NCBI GenBank assembly: GCA_003507445.1
Contig: DNVR01000019.1
Coordinates: 76,395 to 140,394, forward strand
Length of the DNA: 64,000 bases
Reading direction: 5' to 3'
Origin: Candidatus Moraniibacteriota bacterium
Lineage (GTDB): Bacteria; Patescibacteriota; Minisyncoccia; Moranbacterales; GWC2-37-73
Position numbers and translations under genes: made by a program. The notes beneath the pieces were generated by a model. That model saw only the letters and a program-made list of their open reading frames with translations. It was not told where the DNA came from and did no database searches. Below are positions 57,408 through 64,000 of this stretch, in pieces (position 1 is the first letter of the stretch; the number at the start of each line of letters is the position of its first letter).

Positions 57408-58106
57408 ATGAAAATTGAAACTGCTAATAAAATTTTACAGGAGACTGAGCTGGGTTACGATCTGATTTCTAAGAAATTTTCCGAGACCCGGAAGCATTTT
57501 TGGCGTGGGCTGGAGTTCATAAAGGATTATACGCACAGCGGCGATAATGTTTTGGATTATGGCTGTGGCAATGGCCGCCTTTTGGAATTGTTGGCTGATA
57601 AAAATATAAATTATCAGGGAGTTGATGTTTCCCAGAAGCTCGTTGACCTTGCCAAAAGCAAATATACTGGAGAAAATATTGAGTTTTCCAAAATAAGCTC
57701 CAGTCAAATTAGCTTAGCATTTGAGACGGGATTTTTCAATACCGTTTATAGCATTGCGGTTTTTCATCATTTTCCTTCAAAAAAATATCGCGAGGATGTG
57801 GCAAGAGAACTTTATGAAAAAACAAAAGACGGTGGGTATATTGTGGTAACGGTTTGGTTTCTTTGGCAAAAAAAATATTTGAAAAATATTTTACAAAATT
57901 GGATTAATAAAATAAAAGGGAATAGCGCATTGGATTGGAATGATTGTTCAATTTCTTTTACGGATAACTCTGGAGCGCGGGTTGAAAGATTTCACCATGC
58001 CTTCACAAAGAGAGAACTGAAAAAACTTTTTGAACTAGTGGGGTTTAAAACAGAAAAATGTGAAGTTGTTGATGGAAGAAATATTTTGTACATAGGAAAA
58101 AAATAG
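57408..58106 (+). CDS. Class I SAM-dependent methyltransferase
   Basis: VLDYGCGNGRL is methyltransferase motif I. Confidence 0.75.
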   Translation: MKIETANKILQETELGYDLISKKFSETRKHFWRGLEFIKDYTHSGDNVLDYGCGNGRLLELLADKNINYQGVDVSQKLVDLAKSKYTGENIEFSKISSSQISLAFETGFFNTVYSIAVFHHFPSKKYREDVARELYEKTKDGGYIVVTVWFLWQKKYLKNILQNWINKIKGNSALDWNDCSISFTDNSGARVERFHHAFTKRELKKLFELVGFKTEKCEVVDGRNILYIGKK

Positions 58107-58211
58107 CCTAAAAATTTTGGTCTTGACGAGTTTTTTATTCTAGTGTAATATACCCCTAGAGGGTATTTACCATATAAGGTAGAATTTTTAATTTTTAATT
58201 CTTAATTTTCA

Positions 58212-58490
58212 ATGAAAAAAGAAGAAAAAGTTGCATCCGAAAAAGATGCGGCTGAAAAAATTGTGAATCGTATTTCTCGCATCGAAGGGCAACTTAGAGG
58301 TGTGCGAAAAATGGTTGAGGACAAAAAGCAATGCTTGGATGTGATCACTCAAATCACTGCCATTCGTGAGGCGGTTTCGATGTTGGGAATAGAACTTCTT
58401 AAAAACGATTTTGTTTGCAAATTTGATGGAAAGAAAAAAATAGATGAGAAATATCTTAAATCATTGTTTAAGATGTCAGCCAAAGGCTGA
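58212..58490 (+). CDS. CsoR/RcnR/FrmR-family metal-sensing transcriptional repressor
   Basis: 92 aa. RIEGQLRGVRKMVEDKKQCLDVITQITAIREAV is a DUF156 fold with Cys/His ligand positions. Confidence 0.7.
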   Translation: MKKEEKVASEKDAAEKIVNRISRIEGQLRGVRKMVEDKKQCLDVITQITAIREAVSMLGIELLKNDFVCKFDGKKKIDEKYLKSLFKMSAKG

Positions 58491-58537
58491 TCAGCCTTTG
58501 GCTGAAAATAATAATTAATAAATAATATTAAAAATTT

Positions 58538-58867
58538 ATGTCAAAAGTAATAGAACTTACAGACAAAACATTCAAAGAGGAAGTGCTTGAATCAAAAGAA
58601 ATTGTGTTGGTTGATTTTTGGGCACCTTGGTGTGGACCGTGTCGTATGATGGCTCCAATTTTGGATGAACTCGCAGTTGAGCTTGATGGAAAAGTAAAAA
58701 TTACAAAGCTTGATGTTGAGAATCCTGCTCATCAAGCATTGGCAATGGAATTTCAAATTCAAAGCATTCCTAATATGAAAGTTTTTAAGGATGGAAAAGT
58801 TATCAGGGAAATAATTGGTTTTAACGCCAAGGAAAAATTGAGAGAAGAAATAGAAATACTACTTTAA
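58538..58867 (+). CDS. trxA: Thioredoxin
   Basis: WAPWCGPC active site, 109 aa. Confidence 0.92.
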   Translation: MSKVIELTDKTFKEEVLESKEIVLVDFWAPWCGPCRMMAPILDELAVELDGKVKITKLDVENPAHQALAMEFQIQSIPNMKVFKDGKVIREIIGFNAKEKLREEIEILL

Positions 58868-58958
58868 CAGACGTATAACATAAAATATAAAACATGGAGC
58901 ATGGAACATGGAGCAAGAATTTTTGATCCAATGATCTATGCTGTATGATCCATGATTC
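58868..58958. repeat. Composite heptamer-repeat cassette E4 upstream of trxB
   Basis: gtataacataaaatataaaacatggagcatggaacatggagc ... atgatctatgctgtatgatccatgattcatg, abutting the trxB ATG. Confidence 0.65.
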
Positions 58959-59876
58959 ATGATTTACGATTTAGCGATAATTGGCAGTGGACCTGCGGGG
59001 CTTTCGGCTTCGGTGTATGCTTCACGTTATGGAATTTCCAATGTGGTGATTGGTGGAATTTCAGGGGGGCTCACAACGCAAACTCATGAGATTGGAAACT
59101 GGCTTGGAACTGAAAAGATTAGTGGTTTTGATTTTGCACAAAAAGCTGAAGCGCATTGCAAAAGTTATGACAAAGCCGAAGTCGTTAATACTTTGGTTGA
59201 TGAAATTACTGAAAATGAAAACGGATACATTTTGTTTTTGAGTAATGGAAGTAAAGTTGAAGCAAAAACAATTTTGTTAGCGATGGGAACCAAGCATCGA
59301 CACTTGGGCGTGCCTGGGGAAAAAGAATTTGCTGGCAAAGGTGTTTCATATTGCGCAACTTGTGATGGATTTTTTTATCGCGGAAAAACCGTGGCAGTGG
59401 TTGGCGGAAATGATAGTGCTGCAGGCGCCGCTGTGTATTTGGGAGATATTGCTGAAAAAGTTTATTTGATTTATCGCGGGGAAAAACTTAGATGCGAAAC
59501 TTTTTGGGGAGAGTCAATCGGGAAAAATCCAAAAATAGAAAGTATTTTTATGACAAACATCAAAGAAATTAAGGGCGAGCAGAAAGTGGAAGAATTAATT
59601 TTGGACAGTCCATATAAAAATAGTGAAACATTGAAAGTTGATGGTGTATTTGCTGAAATTGGTAGTGATCCAAATACTGAATTGATAAAAAATTTGGAAG
59701 TCGAGTTGGATGAGCAAGGTTATGTGAAGATAGATACTTCTGGTAGAACCAGTAAGAAAGGTGTTTGGGCAGCAGGGGACATCACAACTGGCTCCGATAA
59801 GTTTAAACAAATTATTACTGCCGCCGCCGAAGGCGCAGTCGCTGCACATAGTATTCAAGAATTTTTGAAAAAATAA
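58959..59876 (+). CDS. trxB: Thioredoxin-disulfide reductase
   Basis: DLAIIGSGPAG (FAD-binding), CATCDG redox-active disulfide, and GGGNSA (NADPH-binding). Confidence 0.92.
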   Translation: MIYDLAIIGSGPAGLSASVYASRYGISNVVIGGISGGLTTQTHEIGNWLGTEKISGFDFAQKAEAHCKSYDKAEVVNTLVDEITENENGYILFLSNGSKVEAKTILLAMGTKHRHLGVPGEKEFAGKGVSYCATCDGFFYRGKTVAVVGGNDSAAGAAVYLGDIAEKVYLIYRGEKLRCETFWGESIGKNPKIESIFMTNIKEIKGEQKVEELILDSPYKNSETLKVDGVFAEIGSDPNTELIKNLEVELDEQGYVKIDTSGRTSKKGVWAAGDITTGSDKFKQIITAAAEGAVAAHSIQEFLKK

Positions 59877-59897
59877 AAAACAAAAAAATATATTATC

Positions 59898-59927
59898 AGA
59901 GCCCGACGAATGTTTCCGTCGGGCTCT
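59898..59927. terminator. Bidirectional rho-independent terminator between trxB and the minus-strand gene
   Basis: agagcccgacgaatgtttccgtcgggctct, an 11-bp stem flanked by an A-run and a T-run. Confidence 0.65.
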
Positions 59928-59931
59928 AGTT

Positions 59932-60256
59932 TTACGTTTCCACTATACCGGGATAGGCAAATTCTGGATGTGGCGTTGCCCTGTGTCCGTTGTGTATCCA
60001 ACTTCGCACCTCTTCCTGACTAAGAGTCTTTTCTCCGTGCTTCTTCCTTATGAGATCGCTGAGTCCAGGTGTGGGACTCATATTACTTTCATCTTCCCTA
60101 AGGATGATTTTTGATCCTATGGCTGCAGGTTTTGCGCGAGCTTTTCTGGTTTCATCCGAGATGTTGTTTTTTAGGTCGCCTTCCTTGTCGTTATCTCTTT
60201 GAAGCGCCCTTTTTGCTCCGCGTAAAGCTTTTAGTCGTTTTCCATTTCTGCTCATG
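59932..60256 (-). CDS. Small basic hypothetical protein (GC-richer)
   Basis: MSRNGKRLKALRGAKRALQRDNDKEGDLKNNISDETRKARAKPAAIG... No known domain. Confidence 0.4.
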
Positions 60257-60467
60257 TTTCCTCCTGGTTTTGGAAAGAGTATTAGCACTAGAACGAGGAT
60301 TTTTTGATTTCACCTCCTTTATTTTTGGTTCTAGCGCATCAATTTGTAAGCTACTTCTAGCTTAATACTTTAACAATTAATGTCAAATGCAGTATATTTA
60401 ATGTTTGGATTCTCAGCTATGGACAAATATTTTCTTTTTGGTATAATTGTTTTTGTAGCTCAAATAT

Positions 60468-60543
60468 GGGCCGGTAGCTCACCTGGTAGAGCGCCTCACT
60501 TGCACTGAGGAGGTAGCGGGTTCAAGTCCTGTCCGGTCCACCA
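60468..60543 (+). tRNA. tRNA-Ala (anticodon TGC), CCA encoded
   Basis: GGGCCGGTAGCTCACCTGGTAGAGCGCCTCACTTGCACTGAGGAGGTAGCGGGTTCAAGTCCTGTCCGGTCCACCA. Cloverleaf folds with the G3:U70 alanine identity pair. Confidence 0.9.
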
Positions 60544-60620
60544 AACTAACTAACAACTCACAACTAGCAACTAACAACGTTCATTTGTTGATAGTTGTAT
60601 GTTATCAGTTATAAGTTATT
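60544..60620. repeat. Hairpin-forming ACAACT / AGTTGT repeat module between the two tRNAs
   Basis: caactcacaactagcaactaacaacg ... gttgatagttgtatgttatcagttataagtt (inverted halves). Confidence 0.5.
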
Positions 60621-60622
60621 TT

Positions 60623-60696
60623 GGGCTTATAGCTCAGCTGGTTAGAGCGCGTCACTGATAATGACGAGGTCTCAAGTTCGAATCTTGATAAGCCCA
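60623..60696 (+). tRNA. tRNA-Ile (anticodon GAT)
   Basis: GGGCTTATAGCTCAGCTGGTTAGAGCGCGTCACTGATAATGACGAGGTCTCAAGTTCGAATCTTGATAAGCCCA. Good cloverleaf; no encoded CCA. Confidence 0.9.
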
Positions 60697-60738
60697 CAGT
60701 TTTTTTATAAAATATTTTGCAGTAAAAAGGAGGCAGAA

Positions 60739-61143
60739 ATGATTTTCTTGGGCGTAGGAAGAGAATTATTGGAAGAGATAGGTATTGATGATAACTTCAG
60801 CTTGTTATTTTTAAAGGCCGGCATTGAGCTTGATTATTTCAGACTTAAAAAAAGTACTGACTTTCAAAATCGTGATAAGGTCTTGAGATTTATCTCTGCT
60901 GTTGTTCATAAAGATGCTCCCGAACTCGTAGATCCTTTCGTGGTTGTTTTCTTCAAGAAATCTTTACAGGTAGCCGGATATCTATCGAAGAGGGCTAGAT
61001 ACGTCATTGATTTATGTAATGATGTTGATGTTGTAAAAAAACAACTGGAAAAAATTGGCGAGTTGGATGATGAAAGCCTGAGAAAATTGATCAGGCTCAT
61101 GGCTATATTTTCAATGAATGCTGCAAATATTGAAAGAGGATAA
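60739..61143 (+). CDS. Hypothetical protein
   Basis: Perfect SD (aaaaggaggcagaa ATG). 135 aa: MIFLGVGRELLEEIGIDDNFSLLFLKAG... The ORF-track start at 60661 would overlap tRNA-Ile, so the start was moved. Confidence 0.5.
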   Translation: MIFLGVGRELLEEIGIDDNFSLLFLKAGIELDYFRLKKSTDFQNRDKVLRFISAVVHKDAPELVDPFVVVFFKKSLQVAGYLSKRARYVIDLCNDVDVVKKQLEKIGELDDESLRKLIRLMAIFSMNAANIERG

Positions 61144-61357
61144 TCTTTGTTGTTTCAATGTATTTTGACCCGTCGATGGTGGCGGGTCTTTAATTTGACA
61201 AAAAACCGCAGATAATGTACACTTTAAATAAAGAAAGCCCCAGGGGCTTTTTAAAAAACCTTAAAATCATATAGCATATAGCATATAGCATATAGCAAAA
61301 ATACCAATAAAGTTGCTGTTTGCCTAAAATTGTTACATGTTACATGTTACATGTTAA

Positions 61358-61543
61358 ATGAATAGTATTATACAGTTTTTCCTTGAAGCTAAGGCAGAAA
61401 TGCTGAAAGTGAATTGGCCAACAAAGAAGCAAACAGTGAATTATACATTGCTTGTGGTCGCAGTTAGTTTGGTTGTTGCAGGATTTCTTGGAGGATTGGA
61501 CTGGATTTTTAGTTACATCTTGAAGACATTTATCATAAAGTAA
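61358..61543 (+). CDS. secE: Preprotein translocase subunit SecE
   Basis: 61 aa. KVNWPTKKQTVNYTLLVVAVSLVVAGFLGGLDWIF. Located upstream of nusG. Confidence 0.8.
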   Translation: MNSIIQFFLEAKAEMLKVNWPTKKQTVNYTLLVVAVSLVVAGFLGGLDWIFSYILKTFIIK

Positions 61544-61707
61544 AAATATTGAGTGGCATCCCAGTCACGATTCCAAAGATAGTTTTCTGAAATTTGTAGT
61601 TATGCTCACGGAATCGCCTATGGCTTTGTCACATGTAGTTTAAGGATTAATTAAAGAATCGAGACGGGACGCTCATTTTTGTAGCTGCTCGTACCTCGCA
61701 GACAAAA

Positions 61708-62253
61708 ATGGCGAAACAGACACAACATCATGGGCGAGCTTGGTATGTGATTCACACATACTCTGGCTATGAAGACAATGTTACTCGAAATTTGAAGCAG
61801 CGTATTGAATCAATGGATATGCAAGACTTGATCTTCGATGTAATGGTGCCAAAGGAAAACAAGATTAAAATTAAGAATGGAAAAAGAACTGTTATTGAAG
61901 AACGAATTTACCCAGGATACGTATTGGTAAATATGGTGGTGACTGATGCATCTTGGTATGTTGTTCGAAACACGCCGAACGTGACTGGATTTATTGGGCT
62001 TGGAACAACACCAACGCCAGTTGATCCAAAGGAAATAGAAATGCTTAAAAAGAGAATGGGTGTTTCTGAACCAAAATACAAGATTGATCTTAAAAATGGT
62101 GATGCAGTTAAAATCAACGAAGGACCATTTAAAGATTTTGATGGAAAGGTTCAAGAATTTGATGAAGAGAAAGGTAAAGTTAAAGTGTTGGTTACAATTT
62201 TCGGACGTGAAACACCAGTTGAATTGGATTTCTTGCAGATTACTAAAATATAA
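61708..62253 (+). CDS. nusG: Transcription termination/antitermination factor NusG
   Basis: WYVIHTYSGYEDNV (NGN domain) and a C-terminal KOW (GDAVKINEGPFKDFDGKVQEFD). Confidence 0.9.
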   Translation: MAKQTQHHGRAWYVIHTYSGYEDNVTRNLKQRIESMDMQDLIFDVMVPKENKIKIKNGKRTVIEERIYPGYVLVNMVVTDASWYVVRNTPNVTGFIGLGTTPTPVDPKEIEMLKKRMGVSEPKYKIDLKNGDAVKINEGPFKDFDGKVQEFDEEKGKVKVLVTIFGRETPVELDFLQITKI

Positions 62254-62255
62254 AT

Positions 62256-62356
62256 TCATATAACATACAACATAGAACATAGAACAAGGGAATTCAGTAC
62301 TGCACGCTTCTGGCATATCTGCTCCATGTTCCATGCTCCATGTTCCATGAAGCATT
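62256..62356. repeat. Composite heptamer-repeat cassette E5 upstream of rplK
   Basis: catataacatacaacatagaacatagaaca ... ctccatgttccatgctccatgttccatgaagcatt, directly before the rplK ATG. Confidence 0.65.
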
Positions 62357-62785
62357 ATGGCGAAGAAAATTAAAACAGTTATTAAATTGCAAATAGTTGG
62401 TGGAAAAGCAAATCCAGCTCCTCCAGTCGGTCCAGTTTTGGGTCAACACGGCGTTGCTATTCAAGAATTTTGCGTGCGTTTCAATGACGCAACTCGCGAC
62501 AAAATGGGAGAAGTTGTGCCAGTTGAAATTACAGTTTTTGAAGATAGAACTTTTGATTTTATTATGAAGACTGCTCCAGCAGCAGAACTTTTGAAGAAAG
62601 CTGCAGGTGCTGAAAAAGGTGCTGGAAATCCTTTGAAAGATAAAGTTGGAAAACCTGTTACCAAGGCTCAATTGGAAGAAATTGCAAAAACTAAAATGGT
62701 TGATCTTAATGCAAATGATGTTGAGGGTGCAATGAAAATTGTGGCAGGAACTGCAAGATCAATGGGAATAAAGATAGAAAACTAG
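62357..62785 (+). CDS. rplK: 50S ribosomal protein L11
   Basis: [34 protein letters not shown] is canonical L11. Confidence 0.93.
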   Translation: MAKKIKTVIKLQIVGGKANPAPPVGPVLGQHGVAIQEFCVRFNDATRDKMGEVVPVEITVFEDRTFDFIMKTAPAAELLKKAAGAEKGAGNPLKDKVGKPVTKAQLEEIAKTKMVDLNANDVEGAMKIVAGTARSMGIKIEN

Positions 62786-62789
62786 AACC

Positions 62790-62895
62790 CACAAATATAC
62801 AAATAGGCTACAAATCTACAAATAAAATACAAAACAAAAAAAGAGTCCATTTGTAGATTTGTAAGAGATTTGTAGATTCGTGGGGTATAAATAAT
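62790..62895. repeat. Long hairpin built from (ACAAATCT) / (AGATTTGT) repeat units in the rplA leader
   Basis: cccacaaatatacaaataggctacaaatctacaaat ... atttgtagatttgtaagagatttgtagattcgtgggg. Confidence 0.55.
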
Positions 62896-62951
62896 AATAT
62901 GTGGGAGAAGTAGGCGGTTATCGCAAACTTTGTTTGTACCACAATAAAAAG

Positions 62952-63629
62952 ATGAAAAGAGGAAAAAAGTACAAGGCTGTTGCCGAGAAAGTAGAAAAAA
63001 ACAAACTTTACACTGCCGAGGAAGCTTTGGCTCTTGTGAGAGAAACAAAGACTGCAAAGTTTGATGAAGCTGTTGAGGTTCATATCAGATTGGCTGTTGA
63101 TCCAAAAAAAGGTGACCAGCAAGTTCGTGGAGCTGTTGTTCTTCCACACGGAATCGGCAAAGCTGCCAGAATTGCAGTAATCACTTCAACCAAAGCAACT
63201 GAGGCAAAAGAAGCTGGTGCTGATTTTGTTGGAGCTGAAGATTTGATTGAAAAAATCAAACTTGGAAAAATGGAAGAAGTTGATGTGATCGTTGCTTCTC
63301 CTGAAATGATGCCAAAACTTGCAGCAGTAGCTAAGATACTTGGACCCCGTGGGCTTATGCCATCACCTAAGACTGAAACAGTAACAGACAAAATCAAAGA
63401 AGCTGTTGAAATGCTTAAAAAAGGAAAATTGAGTTTCAAAAACGACAATACTGGAAATGTTCACCAAGTTATTGGAAAAGTTTCTTTTGATGCTAAAAAG
63501 TTGGAAGAAAATTATGCAATGTTTGTTGATGCAATCCAAAAGGCTCGTCCATCTGGAATCAAGGGAAAATATGTGATGACAATCTCCATTTGCTCAACCA
63601 TGGGACCGGGAATCAAAATAGCTTTATAG
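62952..63629 (+). CDS. rplA: 50S ribosomal protein L1
   Basis: MKRGKKYKAVAEKVEKNKLYTAEEALALVRETKTAKFDEAVEVHIRL is canonical L1. Confidence 0.9.
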   Translation: MKRGKKYKAVAEKVEKNKLYTAEEALALVRETKTAKFDEAVEVHIRLAVDPKKGDQQVRGAVVLPHGIGKAARIAVITSTKATEAKEAGADFVGAEDLIEKIKLGKMEEVDVIVASPEMMPKLAAVAKILGPRGLMPSPKTETVTDKIKEAVEMLKKGKLSFKNDNTGNVHQVIGKVSFDAKKLEENYAMFVDAIQKARPSGIKGKYVMTISICSTMGPGIKIAL

Positions 63630-63802
63630 GCTTTAGCTTCTTAGAAGATACACACAAAAAAGACATTCACAGGAATGTCTTTTTTGTGTTGTAATATTTA
63701 TCCTGTTAAATTGCTTTAGGCAGTATTTAACGGGGAGGTATTTACTGGATTTGATTAAGTGTATATAATGAAAGAACCTAAGTAATTCCTTCATATAAAT
63801 TT

Positions 63803-64000
63803 ATGTCCAAATTAATTCTGGGTATTGTTGGGGAAATGGGAAGTGGTAAGGGTTCTGTGGCAAAACATATTGAACAAAATTATAATGCCGGCACGCACAA
63901 GTTTTCACAGATACTTCGAGATATTTTGGATCGTATTTATATCGAACAAAGTAGGGAAAGTATCACAACGTTGTCTCTTATTTTGAGAAAAAATTTCGGC
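63803..64000 (+). CDS. P-loop NTPase/kinase-like protein; 3' end lies outside the window
   Basis: MSKLILGIVGEMGSGKGSVAKHIE... is Walker A-like. Truncated by the window edge. Confidence 0.4.
   Translation, partial: MSKLILGIVGEMGSGKGSVAKHIEQNYNAGTHKFSQILRDILDRIYIEQSRESITTLSLILRKNFG

Noticed and set aside
60661-60738. ORF-track start at 60661 for the hypothetical gene
   Set aside because: It would overlap tRNA-Ile. An ATG at 60739 with a perfect SD is the better start.

Overview
This window looks like a compact, AT-rich bacterial chromosome segment, most consistent with a Candidate Phyla Radiation (Patescibacteria)-type genome, although I cannot verify taxonomy from sequence alone.

The housekeeping content is dense:
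- The left edge carries ftsK (C-terminal end), rodZ-like and recA.
- On the minus strand is the conserved rpsF-ssb-rpsR block followed by efp.
- There is a striking concentration of DNA-repair genes: recA, ssb, uvrB, uvrA, uvrC, a second full-length uvrA paralog, and recO.
- A copper-homeostasis pair (an HMA-domain permease and a CopA-type P-type ATPase) sits behind duplicated ~135-bp leader regions.
- Translation-related genes include the aminoacyl-tRNA synthetases argS, ileS (with a T-box leader) and leuS, plus rsmI, tgt, rlmN, folD, trxA/trxB, and the secE-nusG-rplK-rplA block.
- There are adjacent tRNA-Ala(TGC) and tRNA-Ile(GAT) genes.
- Several GC-richer orphan genes are present: a secreted M23 peptidase, hypotheticals at 10252 and 22537, and a 1120-aa beta-helix surface protein next to an ArsR / ABC ATPase / FtsX-type permease cluster.

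The most unusual feature is not a gene cassette. It is a pervasive layer of short repeat and palindromic elements:
- A GTCAT...ATGAC miniature inverted-repeat (MITE-like) family occurs as three ~115-120 bp intergenic copies. Shorter copies are inserted in-frame inside uvrC (two) and inside an Elp3-like radical-SAM/GNAT gene (two), reminiscent of Rickettsia palindromic elements.
- A composite heptamer-repeat cassette, [TATAACA]n - spacer - [CATGNAG]n, abuts the start codons of five genes (efp, ssb, elp3-like, trxB, rplK).
- 7-8 bp tandem-repeat modules form long hairpins in intergenic DNA and also sit in-frame inside tgt, rlmN, copA, uvrC, argS, ileS and the HMA-domain permease.

Other observations include a candidate ~100-nt sRNA with a consensus promoter and terminator, a 46-codon tail-anchored small ORF with a consensus promoter and terminator, and several palindromic candidate operators.

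No CRISPR array, rRNA gene or obvious prophage was seen.
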